From: a virus
Length of the DNA stretch: 64,000 nucleotides
Virus record (IMG/VR): IMGVR_UViG_3300025009_001990
Coordinates: 4,211 to 68,210 of that record
Reading direction: 5' to 3' (one strand)
Shown here in pieces: positions 35,628 through 46,850 of the stretch (position 1 is the stretch's first letter; each line of letters starts with the position of its first letter). The notes under the pieces were generated by a model. That model did no database searches. It was not told the DNA's origin and was given only the letters and a program-made list of their open reading frames with translations. A program made the translations under genes and the position numbers.

Positions 35628-38458
35628 TCGATTTAGGATCGATGTATACCAGGATTCAGGCCGATACTTCCCAACTTCATAAAGCCGAGAATGATATCAA
35701 GGCTTTTGCTGGCCGTGCTGCTGCTCTTTTTGCAACTGTTTTTTCTGTTCAACAAGCTGCAAATTTTGTGAAAACTGTTACATTCGCCACTGCTCGTTTT
35801 GATACGATGGGCGTGGTAATGAATCGTGTTGGAAATAATGCCGGTTATTCCGCAAGCCAGATGGAAAAATACGAAATGAGCTTGCGGAAAGCTGGCATTT
35901 CCATGACTGCTGCCAGAGAAACATTATCAAAAATGGCTCAGGCTCAAATTGATTTGACAAAGAGTTCTGAACTTGCTCGGATAGCACAGGATGCTGCTGT
36001 AATTGGGAATATTAATTCCTCGGAAGCCTTTGAAAAAATGATTTATGCTATTCAATCAGGACAGATTGAGATATTGAGAACGATAGGCATAAATGTCAAT
36101 TTTGAAGCATCTTATAAGAAACTTGCTGATCAATTAGGGATAACTACAAAGCAATTAACTGAACACGAAAAAATTCAGGCCAGAACAAATGTTGTATTAG
36201 CGGAAGGGCCAAAACTGTTCGGGGTATATTCTGATGCTATGGATTCCCCAATGAAAAAGTTCAATACATTAACAGGTAGATTGATTCCTGATTTTGAGGT
36301 TGCACTTGGAAGGCTTTTTCAACCTGCTTTTGGAACCGCAGTTGATGTTGCAACAGCAAAAGTAAAAGGATTTAATGAATCACTTGATGATAAGAAGTTA
36401 AAGGAATGGGGAGAAACAATAAATTCAGTCCTTAAATTTGTTGCTGAATATGGGGGTTCTCTTGTTGAGTTGACAGGATTTTTACTTGCTGCAAAGTTTG
36501 CCCAAATAGCTTTAAATGCTGCTGTAAGCGCAAACCCTTATGTCTTAGCTGCCGGGGCTTTGGTTGTTTTGAATAAGCAGCTTGAAGTATATAATATGAA
36601 TTTAGGGAGTTTACCAAAAAAATATAACGCTTTAACAGCATCATTAGGAAATATTGCTGATGTGATGAAAGGACTTCGTGATCCGAATACAGGAAGACTT
36701 TTCACGGAGGAAGAACAAGGATTAAAACGTATTGCTGAACTTCAAAAAGAATTGGGAGATGGTAAGAAGTGGTATGAAGATTTGGGAATGAAGTCGGAAA
36801 GATTCGCTGCAATAAGAAAAGAAATAGAGGGAATAAAAGAAGCACTTGAGGAAGCACCAGGAAATAAGAGATTAGAAGAAGCTTTGAAAGCCGCTGAAGA
36901 ACGGGCAAAGATTATGAAAGCTGTTCCTGAAGAAAGATCAGGAACAGATAGCAAAGGCCGTGCCGAGAACTGGAATGCCGTTCTGAATGCCCAAATCGCC
37001 TATTTGAAATCAGCAGAAGAAAGAAAAATGGCGATTATTCTTGCCTCCAACTCCCTTGAACAAGAATATAATCAGAATGCTTATGACTTAGGACTTTCCG
37101 ACTATCAAACATATTTACAAAAGAAACAAGCATTAACTGAATCGGCACTGCAAGCAAATTTAGATTCGAAGAAAAAAGAACTTTCTGATGCTGAAGAAGC
37201 TCTTGGAAAACTATCTCCATCAACAGATAAACAAGGAAATGTTCGTGCTGATAAAGATGCTCAGGCAGAATATCAAGCATTGCAGAAGATCGAAGAAGCA
37301 AAACAGGGGGTAATTGAAGCTGAGAACCAATTAACAATGGCTCGGATTCAAGGAGCAAAAGAAACTGTTGATAAAAACAGAGAAGTACAAAACAGTTACA
37401 AGCAAATTGAAATCCAATTGTTGCAGATGAGTGGCAAGCCGATCGAAGCAGCAAAACTTCAGGCACAAATGGATGAGGAATCAATTGAACGAAAACAGTT
37501 GATTGAAGCCGCTATTAATAAAATAGCGGGAGCACAAGAAGCACTTGACAATTTGAGAAAACAATCAAGTTTAGAAATACAAAATTTAGAATTAGAAGAA
37601 CTTTCTCGGAAGGAACAGGCAAAACAAGGAATAGCCGATATAAACAACGAATTTCAGAAATCCAGAGAAATTCAGATAGAGTTGTTGAATATTGAAATTG
37701 AAAGAGCAGAACTGAATGGAAATTTGAAGGAACAGATCGATTTATTGAAAGAACAGAAACAAGCATTGGAAGATTTACAAACTCCGATCGGAGCTCTTAA
37801 TAAAGGTTGGGAAGATGCTACTGCAAGATGGAAAGATCAAGCACAGGTAATGCAGGACATTGCAAGAGAAACCGCCCAGATTATGCAATCCGCATTTTCT
37901 GATTTCTTTTTTGACGTTCTTGAAGGGAAATTGAAAACTGTAGGAGATTATGCCCGTTCCTTCCTTCGTGCGATAAATCAAGAAATCGCCAACACGCTTG
38001 CCAAAACAGTTGTGTCTAACATGAGTGGAACAGGGAGTGCTATAAGTGGATTGGTAGGGATATTTGGGGGGATGTTTAGCGGAGGTGGTGGAACTTCGAC
38101 TTCCGGTGTTGCCCAAACTTGGCATTCAGGTGGTGTTGTAGGAATCGATAAAACAACGTCTAGGATTCAACCTACTGCTGCATTTTCCGGTGTGCCTAGG
38201 TATCATCAAGGGCTTGCGAATGATGAATTCAGAGCTATTTTAAAGCGTAGGGAAATGGTTCTTACAGAGGGGCAACAAGATGTTTTAGCAGGAATGATAG
38301 CTGATCGTCGTCCTGGATTAGGATTTGAAAATAAAACATCTAATTCAATAAATGTCCCAATTAATATTTCTGGGGGATCTCCAAATAAAGATTTAATCAG
38401 AGAATTACGTACCGAAGTTGAGGGTGTTGTAATTGAAGTTTTGAGGAGACACAGCTAA
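35624..38458 (+). CDS. Tape measure protein
   Basis: 944 aa, Ala/Leu-rich helical; C-terminal HSGGVVG..YHQG. Confidence 0.9.
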   Translation: MIDLGSMYTRIQADTSQLHKAENDIKAFAGRAAALFATVFSVQQAANFVKTVTFATARFDTMGVVMNRVGNNAGYSASQMEKYEMSLRKAGISMTAARETLSKMAQAQIDLTKSSELARIAQDAAVIGNINSSEAFEKMIYAIQSGQIEILRTIGINVNFEASYKKLADQLGITTKQLTEHEKIQARTNVVLAEGPKLFGVYSDAMDSPMKKFNTLTGRLIPDFEVALGRLFQPAFGTAVDVATAKVKGFNESLDDKKLKEWGETINSVLKFVAEYGGSLVELTGFLLAAKFAQIALNAAVSANPYVLAAGALVVLNKQLEVYNMNLGSLPKKYNALTASLGNIADVMKGLRDPNTGRLFTEEEQGLKRIAELQKELGDGKKWYEDLGMKSERFAAIRKEIEGIKEALEEAPGNKRLEEALKAAEERAKIMKAVPEERSGTDSKGRAENWNAVLNAQIAYLKSAEERKMAIILASNSLEQEYNQNAYDLGLSDYQTYLQKKQALTESALQANLDSKKKELSDAEEALGKLSPSTDKQGNVRADKDAQAEYQALQKIEEAKQGVIEAENQLTMARIQGAKETVDKNREVQNSYKQIEIQLLQMSGKPIEAAKLQAQMDEESIERKQLIEAAINKIAGAQEALDNLRKQSSLEIQNLELEELSRKEQAKQGIADINNEFQKSREIQIELLNIEIERAELNGNLKEQIDLLKEQKQALEDLQTPIGALNKGWEDATARWKDQAQVMQDIARETAQIMQSAFSDFFFDVLEGKLKTVGDYARSFLRAINQEIANTLAKTVVSNMSGTGSAISGLVGIFGGMFSGGGGTSTSGVAQTWHSGGVVGIDKTTSRIQPTAAFSGVPRYHQGLANDEFRAILKRREMVLTEGQQDVLAGMIADRRPGLGFENKTSNSINVPINISGGSPNKDLIRELRTEVEGVVIEVLRRHS

Positions 38459-38826
38459 TGTCAAGAATGGTGCTTGGGGGTTATACAATGCCGGACAATC
38501 CATCATCTGTTTCGGATTTGATGACTCCAAAACGGCATACAGCAGTTGTCAAAACATATTCATCAATCGCTTTCTTTTCATGGGGAGCGTCTATGTTAGG
38601 AAAGCAAATCACTTTGAGATGGTTAGGGATGACTACAGATCAATATGAATATCATCAAGCACAATTAGAAAATGACACATATATGACATTTGATCCAAAA
38701 GATGGAAGTCTCCAAACATATACGGTTGAGATGGTAGATTTACGGGGTGAAATGCATATGGAAACAGATGGCGATTATCGAGTAAATGTTGAAATGGATC
38801 TCGTATTTTTAAGTGAAGGGGCATAA
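38458..38826 (+). CDS. Distal tail-like protein
   Basis: Position after the tape measure. Confidence 0.55.
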   Translation: MSRMVLGGYTMPDNPSSVSDLMTPKRHTAVVKTYSSIAFFSWGASMLGKQITLRWLGMTTDQYEYHQAQLENDTYMTFDPKDGSLQTYTVEMVDLRGEMHMETDGDYRVNVEMDLVFLSEGA

Positions 38827-38828
38827 TT

Positions 38829-41800
38829 ATGGCTCTTACTCTTGATCCTGTATTACTTGCTGCACAAACAGTAGTCTCTAGACGGCCTATTGTGAGTTTG
38901 ACTTCAGGCCGATTGGCATTTGATTTTCCATTTGTTGGCACCCCTATTGCCAATCCAAATGATAGAATTCAATATCATTCAGTTCCATTGTTTTTGAGTG
39001 ATGGTCGTTTTGCTATTTTTTATGCTTCAGATACTGTTAATTATACAGCAAGAGAATTGCATTATATTGTATCTGATTCTGATGGTGGTCAATTTTTACC
39101 ATATGTTACTGTAGCAAATTGTGGTTCAACTTTTACATATATTGATGGAATTGTTTTAAATGATGATGATTTTGTTATTGTTGGAACATTAACAAATAAT
39201 ACAATTGTTTGTTATAAAGTTTCTTCAGCTGGAGTTAAATTAAGTGAGACGATTTTTGCATCTCTTCCTGATTTATTGGGAGTGTCAGTAACAACAACAG
39301 ATACTGGATATGTAATAATTTATATTCAGTTAATTGCCGGAGAATATGTAATTTCAAAAAGAACGTCTACAGATCTTATTACATGGTCATCAGCTACAGT
39401 AATTTATATTACTGATTTGGATATTACAACTCCGATACAACACCCAAAAGTTCGTCGTCTTGATGATGGATCATATTTATTTCTTTTTTCTTATGCTTCT
39501 TTAATTGATGATGATACAATAATATACAATATTGGTAGTTCGCTTTCTTATGATCTTTTAACTTGGCTTGCAATTGTTCCTGTAACTTCAACAACAACTG
39601 TTTCAAAAGATTTTCTATATCCTTTCTTTGATCAGAAATCAGATGAGACGATAACAGTTGTTGCACAGGAAGATAACGGATATTTGACACTTACAAAAGA
39701 TTCTCCTGGTTGGGATACTTCATTAAGTCTTACTCCTCAAAATATGTGGGTTGATGATGTAAATGGAAAATTATATGTTACTGGAATTTGGACAGGAACA
39801 GGGGCAAAAATATTTGAAGGAACTGTCAAAATAGATATTGCAACTTGGACAATAGATAAATTTTATGATACAACAACAACACCGCCTGTTCCTGATTTGT
39901 GGACAGTTGGGGCTCCTTACAATCCGGATCAAAATCCGATATCTAATGGAATTGTGACTTTTGGTGGGGGGGCGTATGTTGCCGTTTGTGTTGTAAATTA
40001 TAATACTGATACAATTACAGGATATTATTTTCGAGATTATTCGGCAACTTTTGGTGAAGAAGCAGAAGCAAATGTAAATCATTCATTGGAACATGGAGCT
40101 ATATCTTATTCAGCGGTCCATGGGGATATTCTTTGGTTGGGTTTTTACTCTGGATATTTATATGATGTTCCAAAGGTTCAGTTTGGATATATTGATATCA
40201 CCGATGTAACACCACCTTATGATTTTACTTTAGTTGGAACATCGAATGATTGGACAGTAACTTCAGCACAACAAATAAATGGTCCTAATTTTTCATTTTA
40301 TCCCGATGATGATCTTGTTTTGATTGCTTGTCAACCTTATTCTGTTAATCTTCAAGTAATTCCATTAGTTGTACAAAGTCTTGTTGATGGGTCACAGGTT
40401 AAATATTACAATATAACTGATTATATTGAATTCCCTTATAATGGAGTAACTTACGCATATTTAGTGGGAGATACTATTTACGCAATACCGAGCTATCATT
40501 ATTTGTATGCACCTGATGCTCATAAATGGGGATTACTTGAGATAGATATTAATACAGACCATATGATTTATCATTACCCTCCATGGCTTACAGGAAGGCC
40601 TGATGAAGGATATTTTCGGCAAATTGCTGTAAGTGAAGATACAGATGAATTAATAATTAGAACAGAGGGTGGAGCAGCGATATTCAATTATGTTTCGAAA
40701 ACATGGATGCAATATGAGGATGATAATATTGAAGGATATCCTTCGGAAATAACAGATCCTGATCATTGCACAATTGCTTATGATTCGACAAATGAGATCT
40801 TTTTTTATGGGGGAAGTAACGCCCTTTATTATTCTCCAAAATCTGGAGTGACCAGTCAAATCGTTTATCTTTCTGGAACAATGGGAGTTTCTGAATGGGG
40901 ATTTTCAGCAGATGATTTACTTGCAATAGGATATACAAATACAGTTCCGAGAGTTGTTGTGCCCCCAAGTATTGATATTATTTATGCAACATGGACAAAT
41001 ACTTTCGATATTGATAATATTTATTGGGATCAACAACAAGCGTATTTGGATCTCAATGAATTTCTTACCGGTGAGATTGTTTGCGATATGGCAATTGATG
41101 ATTATTTTACATTGAAATTCACCTTAACAAATGGTCATCTTTTTGATCCTCACAATAGGAATTCTATTTTGAGAACATATATTAGCAAAGGGAAATATGT
41201 ATTACTTCAATTTGGTGAAACTGTTGATGATGTTGATTATTTAGTCAATCAGGGAAAATATGTAATAAGAGGATTGAAAGTTAAATATCAAAGAGATGAA
41301 TACCCTTTAATAGAAGTTTCTTGCGAAGATGTTCGTTCTTTATGGGGAATACATCAAGTTGTATCAAATAATGTCACCCTTCAAACACCGGAAGCGTCTC
41401 TTAGGACAATAATTTTAGCAAATACAGAGATAGCTACAGAACATATAGAAATACCGAGTATGCCATTGAGCTTTGCTTTTGACGCTCAATGGGTAGAAAC
41501 ATATTTACAAGAAATAATAGATGATATATCTCATCGATTCCAACACTTCTGTTGTATGGATATGGATGGAGATATAACATTCAGGCCAATCACACTTGAT
41601 GGAACATCTGTGAATACTCATACTGTTGCTCAGATAATTGAATATTCTCCCGATGATTCATATTCTGATTTGACAAATAGATTTACAGTTACAGGAGAAT
41701 CATTAAATGACTTTCAAATCTTACTTGCAGAAGAAAGAGTCGGAAGTTTAAATGGTACTGTTGGTTGGTATGGATTTAAAAAAGATTTCAAAATTTGGTA

Positions 41801-42488
41801 TTCAGAGGATAAATCAAGAAGATGTAAATATCCGAGAATTGAAGTATTAGAAAGTGCAACTTCAATATTGTTTCGATTGGCAGGAGAAATAACTGAAAGA
41901 ATATCCGAAGTGGATGAATTTGATAAATATTGTGTGATTGAAGTCAAAGCCCCTGATTTAATTCCTGTATTACTTGCTGGAATCGCTTTATACTTAGCAG
42001 GTAATGTAATTGGGGACTTTGTTACTCCATACATGACTATTCCTTTTGGTCGGATAATTGAGGGACTTGGTTTGTATATTGTAATGATGGTTTTAGGTTC
42101 AATAGGGAATTTTCAGTACGCAATTCATGCACAACCAGTTGGATATGCAAAAAGACAATATCAAGCAACTGTAGATGACGCTGAATTACAACTTGAATTA
42201 GGACAAATTACCGAACAGAAAATTGAAGGTTTTGCTTGTTACGATACCGGAGATTGTGAAGATGTTGCTGAATTCGAATTGATGGTATCAAAAGCTCAAA
42301 GAAGTAGATTGATGGTTAAAAAGATTGCACATTTGCAGGATGAAATAGGTGACACTGTAACTGTAACTCATCCATATACGAATATAACTGATGATATTTA
42401 TATTACAAAAATAGTCCGAAGATATAAACAATCAGCAGGAAATGATGATGGTTATTTTATTGATGAAATTGAAGGATGGATTGCATGA
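38829..42488 (+). CDS. Large tail tip/hub protein
   Basis: 1219 aa, beta-rich N-terminal part, hub-like C-terminus (EIGDTVTV). Confidence 0.7.
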   Translation: MALTLDPVLLAAQTVVSRRPIVSLTSGRLAFDFPFVGTPIANPNDRIQYHSVPLFLSDGRFAIFYASDTVNYTARELHYIVSDSDGGQFLPYVTVANCGSTFTYIDGIVLNDDDFVIVGTLTNNTIVCYKVSSAGVKLSETIFASLPDLLGVSVTTTDTGYVIIYIQLIAGEYVISKRTSTDLITWSSATVIYITDLDITTPIQHPKVRRLDDGSYLFLFSYASLIDDDTIIYNIGSSLSYDLLTWLAIVPVTSTTTVSKDFLYPFFDQKSDETITVVAQEDNGYLTLTKDSPGWDTSLSLTPQNMWVDDVNGKLYVTGIWTGTGAKIFEGTVKIDIATWTIDKFYDTTTTPPVPDLWTVGAPYNPDQNPISNGIVTFGGGAYVAVCVVNYNTDTITGYYFRDYSATFGEEAEANVNHSLEHGAISYSAVHGDILWLGFYSGYLYDVPKVQFGYIDITDVTPPYDFTLVGTSNDWTVTSAQQINGPNFSFYPDDDLVLIACQPYSVNLQVIPLVVQSLVDGSQVKYYNITDYIEFPYNGVTYAYLVGDTIYAIPSYHYLYAPDAHKWGLLEIDINTDHMIYHYPPWLTGRPDEGYFRQIAVSEDTDELIIRTEGGAAIFNYVSKTWMQYEDDNIEGYPSEITDPDHCTIAYDSTNEIFFYGGSNALYYSPKSGVTSQIVYLSGTMGVSEWGFSADDLLAIGYTNTVPRVVVPPSIDIIYATWTNTFDIDNIYWDQQQAYLDLNEFLTGEIVCDMAIDDYFTLKFTLTNGHLFDPHNRNSILRTYISKGKYVLLQFGETVDDVDYLVNQGKYVIRGLKVKYQRDEYPLIEVSCEDVRSLWGIHQVVSNNVTLQTPEASLRTIILANTEIATEHIEIPSMPLSFAFDAQWVETYLQEIIDDISHRFQHFCCMDMDGDITFRPITLDGTSVNTHTVAQIIEYSPDDSYSDLTNRFTVTGESLNDFQILLAEERVGSLNGTVGWYGFKKDFKIWYSEDKSRRCKYPRIEVLESATSILFRLAGEITERISEVDEFDKYCVIEVKAPDLIPVLLAGIALYLAGNVIGDFVTPYMTIPFGRIIEGLGLYIVMMVLGSIGNFQYAIHAQPVGYAKRQYQATVDDAELQLELGQITEQKIEGFACYDTGDCEDVAEFELMVSKAQRSRLMVKKIAHLQDEIGDTVTVTHPYTNITDDIYITKIVRRYKQSAGNDDGYFIDEIEGWIA

Positions 42489-43588
42489 CAATATATTCGC
42501 TAAAAAAGAGATTCCTCCGAGATCGAATGAGGAGAGAATTACATAATAAAGTGGAAACTCGTGATGCTATTCTTTGGGATGTAATTCCGGAACAAAAGCT
42601 TTGTCGTGTCAAATTTCAAGGTTCTGATAATCTTGTTGAATGTAAATATCCAGAGAATATTGAACAGACTCCACGATGGTTGAAGCCTGGAACATCCGTA
42701 AAGGTGAATCATCGATCTGGGAACAAACATTCTTTTGAGGTAATTAGTCATGGATTGTTTGTTCCAACCCCAACAATTAATAGTGAGACAGGATTGTCTA
42801 ATCCTGCAGGACCAACAATCGCTCCTGGTGTTGATACTGTTTTAATAGGTTGTCTTGTAAAAGCATTGTCAGATGTACAAGCAATGAAAGTTTATGTGCA
42901 AACAGGAACATATCGGATAGGAGGAATATTTTATAGCTTAACTCCAATGTTAATGACAGATGATAATATAGCTGATATGTCAATGGGAGTTCCTTTTGAT
43001 ATTACTCAGGGAGTTTATGAAATAAACGCAGCACATGCTACTCTTTGGCGTATGGATAGATTAGTTACAGCCGCTGATCATGTTGTTGATGTTCTTGTTG
43101 GTGATAATGCAGTAAATGAACCAGATCCCCCTGATGTTCCTTCAAATCATGTTTCACTTGGAACAGTATTAATACCTCCAGGTTTTACGGCAATAGATGA
43201 TACATTGATAAATAGAACATATGAAGATCCAGCTGCAAGTTTAATCAATGTCTCAATTGCTGATTCTGATTTGACTTGGACAGAAGAAACAACTTCAATT
43301 ACCCTTACTTTGCTTGATCAATATGGAAATCCATTGTTAGGAACATATGTTTCTGTGCTTTGTTCAATCACAAGTGGGAGTGGCATACTTTCAACATCGA
43401 ATGTTGCAATAAGTACAACAACAGGACAAGCAACATTAACATATACAAGAGAGGATGGTTATGCTGAGTCTTCAGGGAATATCGAAAATGGACCTATTTG
43501 GTTGAATTTTGTATTATCAAATAATAGTCTTATTTCTATGATTGCAACAATTACAATTTATAATGAATTGGGAGAACCAATATTATGA
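42485..43588 (+). CDS. Tail tip/spike-like protein
   Basis: OB-like N-terminus and Ig-like C-terminus (DQYGNP). Confidence 0.6.
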   Translation: MTIYSLKKRFLRDRMRRELHNKVETRDAILWDVIPEQKLCRVKFQGSDNLVECKYPENIEQTPRWLKPGTSVKVNHRSGNKHSFEVISHGLFVPTPTINSETGLSNPAGPTIAPGVDTVLIGCLVKALSDVQAMKVYVQTGTYRIGGIFYSLTPMLMTDDNIADMSMGVPFDITQGVYEINAAHATLWRMDRLVTAADHVVDVLVGDNAVNEPDPPDVPSNHVSLGTVLIPPGFTAIDDTLINRTYEDPAASLINVSIADSDLTWTEETTSITLTLLDQYGNPLLGTYVSVLCSITSGSGILSTSNVAISTTTGQATLTYTREDGYAESSGNIENGPIWLNFVLSNNSLISMIATITIYNELGEPIL

Positions 43589-43773
43589 CAATTGAAAATG
43601 AATTAAAAATAATTGAACTACTTACGGAAATAAAAGATGAATTGAAGATTATGAATGATCGAGATAAACGTTCGTATGAATCTTCTATCAATCGAACAAA
43701 AGATGCTGATGCTTTGATGAAAAATGTTATGAATATGTTTGGCAATTTAGGGGGGGTAAAAAATGGGAAATAA
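43585..43773 (+). CDS. Hypothetical protein
   Basis: Coupled overlaps on both sides. Confidence 0.55.
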   Translation: MTIENELKIIELLTEIKDELKIMNDRDKRSYESSINRTKDADALMKNVMNMFGNLGGVKNGK

Positions 43774-44545
43774 TTTTCACACTCCATGGACAACAGCAAG
43801 TTCTTTTCGAGCAAGTGAGATGGTTTTTCCATTATCTCAACTTGATAAGATAATAACATATCTAAAACGAGCAATTGTTTCTTGTGCTGGAAATATTACT
43901 TGGTCAGGTGGAACACTTACATGGTCCGGAACAATTAGCATATATTTTATTAGGGAAGATGGACAAACAATATTAAATACTATTGCAGCAGGAAGTCAGG
44001 CTGTATCAGATGGACAATTTGTTTATGTGGCATTGAATGAAACAAATAATACCGTTTTAACAACTTCAGTCGCTTCTGCTTCAGGAGGTTCTGCTTCAAA
44101 TTTTTTGACAAATAATATTTTAGTACTTGGTTATCGAAATACAACATCTGATGCTTTTTATCCCGTTAACTTAACAGTACCTCTTACTGCGGCGAATAAT
44201 CCATTTGACATTGGTTTGTTTTATCCTGGAATACCTGATCCAAATATAACACTTTTAAATGTTTCTTTGACAAGGACTGTAACATTTCCTGCTGATTTCA
44301 GTGGTAGTTATGCTATATCTGTAACTGCTGCTTCAGCGGAGTTTATGTTTGAGATTGAGAAGAATTCTGTTCAGGTTGCAACAATTACGTTTGCCGCCGC
44401 TTCTGATGAAGGGGTATTCGATTCTTCCGGGATTCCAGTTGTTTTTATTGCTGGTGATATTTTAACAGTCGTATCTGAAACAGTTTCAGCAGCAGATGCA
44501 ACATTATCTGATGTTGGAATAACGTTAGCGGGATTGAGGAGTTAA
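43763..44545 (+). CDS. Tail fibre anchor/adaptor-like protein
   Basis: Beta-rich; C-terminal FIAGDIL..DATLSD adaptor-like domain. Confidence 0.55.
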   Translation: MGNNFHTPWTTASSFRASEMVFPLSQLDKIITYLKRAIVSCAGNITWSGGTLTWSGTISIYFIREDGQTILNTIAAGSQAVSDGQFVYVALNETNNTVLTTSVASASGGSASNFLTNNILVLGYRNTTSDAFYPVNLTVPLTAANNPFDIGLFYPGIPDPNITLLNVSLTRTVTFPADFSGSYAISVTAASAEFMFEIEKNSVQVATITFAAASDEGVFDSSGIPVVFIAGDILTVVSETVSAADATLSDVGITLAGLRS

Positions 44546-44546
44546 T

Positions 44547-45542
44547 ATGGCTGCTCATCGTTATTGGAGATTGCGGTTTTTAAATCCTGTTGGATATGCT
44601 TTGGTTTCGATAGGCGAAATTGAATTTAGAACTTCACACGGTGGTACTCAAGCAGCTACAGGTGGAACAGCTTTATCAGGAGGGAATTATTCAGGAAGTT
44701 ATCTTCCTGCTGAAGCATTTAATGGTATTTATTCATCAAGTTCTGCGGCAGATGGTTGGGTATGTCCTTCTGGTAGTTCTTCTGGTTGGGTTGGGTATGA
44801 CTGGGGGGTTGGGGTAACAGTTGATATTGTCGAATTTGCTTTGTGGCCTAGATTCGGAGTTCCTTTAGAATACCCTGAAAATATTGTATTGGATTTTTCT
44901 GATGATGGAGTTAATTGGACAACTTCATGGGGGGTTGCCCGTGCTTCTTATATTGCCACAACACTACAAGTGTATTCATCACCTGTAACAGCACACTCAA
45001 TCGGATATATTCCTTGTCGTGAAGGTTTTGAAGATGGTAATGCGGATAATTGGTATTTTACTTTATCTGCTGGTAATTGGTCTGTTGCAGCTTCTCAATC
45101 TGGTTATAATGCTGAAGGTAATTATGCTTTATGGCATGTAGCAGGAGGTTCAGAGGTAGCTATTGCTGTGGCTGATTTAACAACAAATCATATTGAATCT
45201 GTTTTAGATGCAGGAACAGAAAACCTAGATGTTTCAGTTAGCATTATTGATTATGTTAGTGATGCTGATTCTGGAAGATTTAGACTTATATTTTTTGATG
45301 AGAATGGATATGGAATATCCGCAACAGCTTTTACAGCAGGTTCGTCTATCTCTTCTTGGACAACTGTAAATATGTCGGTACCTATTCCAGTAGGGACTAG
45401 AATGGTAATGATTGAATTACGATGTGATTTGAGCACAGGATTGATATGTAATATTGGATTTGATTCTATCTCAATTGGACCAGAACCATTTCCTCCAGAA
45501 CCAGGAGTTGGAGGAAGAGTTGTTGTTTTTATTTGTACTTAA
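44547..45542 (+). CDS. Receptor-binding/lectin-like tail protein
   Basis: HRYWRL, WVGYDW and FSDDGVNW (discoidin-like) plus a second beta-sandwich. Confidence 0.65.
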   Translation: MAAHRYWRLRFLNPVGYALVSIGEIEFRTSHGGTQAATGGTALSGGNYSGSYLPAEAFNGIYSSSSAADGWVCPSGSSSGWVGYDWGVGVTVDIVEFALWPRFGVPLEYPENIVLDFSDDGVNWTTSWGVARASYIATTLQVYSSPVTAHSIGYIPCREGFEDGNADNWYFTLSAGNWSVAASQSGYNAEGNYALWHVAGGSEVAIAVADLTTNHIESVLDAGTENLDVSVSIIDYVSDADSGRFRLIFFDENGYGISATAFTAGSSISSWTTVNMSVPIPVGTRMVMIELRCDLSTGLICNIGFDSISIGPEPFPPEPGVGGRVVVFICT

Positions 45543-45586
45543 TTGAAATTAGCAAAACAAGTATAATATAGTATAAGGTAAATATT

Positions 45587-45943
45587 ATGAGAGTGTTTCG
45601 AGAAGAAATATTGATAAAATATCAACAAGAAACTAATTGTCCTTTTGTTAAAATTCGACTTCCGGATAGATCATATACTCTTCCAACGGTCATAGAAGTA
45701 CAGGATTGGATGGAAGAGTTTGCTGTTGAACCGTATAAAGAAGAAGTAAACGATTGCGACAACAGAGCATTAAGACTTCTTGCTCACTTTTCTGGAAAAG
45801 GATATGCTTTTGGTTGGGCTTCAATTGGTTATCATGACATTTGTACATTTCTTTCTGATCAAAAGCAAATTTGGTACGTAGAACCATCAAATTGTTTAAT
45901 TTATCAACCTGATGTTAATCTAACATGGATGGTGATGCCATGA
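45587..45943 (+). CDS. Small papain/transglutaminase-like protein (agglutinin-C-like)
   Basis: DCDN..H..YVEP putative Cys-His-Glu triad. Confidence 0.55.
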   Translation: MRVFREEILIKYQQETNCPFVKIRLPDRSYTLPTVIEVQDWMEEFAVEPYKEEVNDCDNRALRLLAHFSGKGYAFGWASIGYHDICTFLSDQKQIWYVEPSNCLIYQPDVNLTWMVMP

Positions 45944-46128
45944 AACAAGTCGTTATTGTGTTTTCAATTGTTTGGGGATTAATCATTGGTATAATATATA
46001 TAGGGATATATTTTAGACCTTGTTGTACAAATGAGGAAGATACTAAAAAAGTTTTAGAGTGGAAAACTCAAACAGAGCAGGAAGGCATAAAACATCCTGC
46101 TATAACCAAAATTAGATGGAGGATGTAA
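45940..46128 (+). CDS. Small membrane protein
   Basis: ATGA overlap; N-terminal transmembrane segment. Confidence 0.5.
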   Translation: MKQVVIVFSIVWGLIIGIIYIGIYFRPCCTNEEDTKKVLEWKTQTEQEGIKHPAITKIRWRM

Positions 46129-46838
46129 TGAACAATTTTGATTATGTTGGATGGAGAGCTGGACAAAAAAGAATGAATCAAGAAAAAAGAGAAGCAATGA
46201 TAGAAAAAGTTGTTGTTGTTGTTTTTCTTGTTCTGCTGGGATTGTTTGTATTGTGTTCTTCAGGTTGTGCAGTGAAATCTCCAGGAACACGTACATTCCA
46301 GTTTGGTCCAGACGGAACGACAATAACATCTGAAACCACAACAGCAGAACCGAATACACTTGCGGATATTGAGAAGGAAAAATCTGTTCAAAAGTGTTGG
46401 ACAGCTTTTGGTAAAATTAGAACAGCTATCGCAGATGCTGCAGAAAGTAATCCACTTGTTCTTGCTATGGTTCAACAATCTGACAGTATTAACAATATTG
46501 TTTCTCTCGCATTCACGAAAAAACCGTATAATCCATGCCCATCAAGTACAAATTCTTCCGATGTTGAAATTGCAGATGCTGAAATGTATAGTAATATTTA
46601 TCGGGAGGGAGCAGGCGTTTTAAAGTTTGCTCTCGGATCATGGGCAGCAACAGATATCTCGGACAATCTGTTCGGAGCACTCGGAAAAGCAGGGGCTTAT
46701 ACCTTTGCAGCATCAGGAGAAGGTTCAAGTATAAGTGTCTCAGATGCCTTCAAATCTTCTGTATTCGGTGATGGAGCTACTACAAACGATGTATTGAGTA
46801 ATCCATCGTTTGTTACCGAGATGCTGGAACAACAATAA
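46128..46838 (+). CDS. Putative lipoprotein
   Basis: Hydrophobic stretch ending in lipobox-like SSGC; GGAGG RBS. Confidence 0.6.
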   Translation: MNNFDYVGWRAGQKRMNQEKREAMIEKVVVVVFLVLLGLFVLCSSGCAVKSPGTRTFQFGPDGTTITSETTTAEPNTLADIEKEKSVQKCWTAFGKIRTAIADAAESNPLVLAMVQQSDSINNIVSLAFTKKPYNPCPSSTNSSDVEIADAEMYSNIYREGAGVLKFALGSWAATDISDNLFGALGKAGAYTFAASGEGSSISVSDAFKSSVFGDGATTNDVLSNPSFVTEMLEQQ

Positions 46839-46850
46839 AGGGAATGTGTT

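Noticed and set aside
17783-45542. Diversity-generating retroelement acting on fibre genes
   Set aside because: No reverse transcriptase and no adenine-mismatched TR/VR repeat pair were seen in this window.
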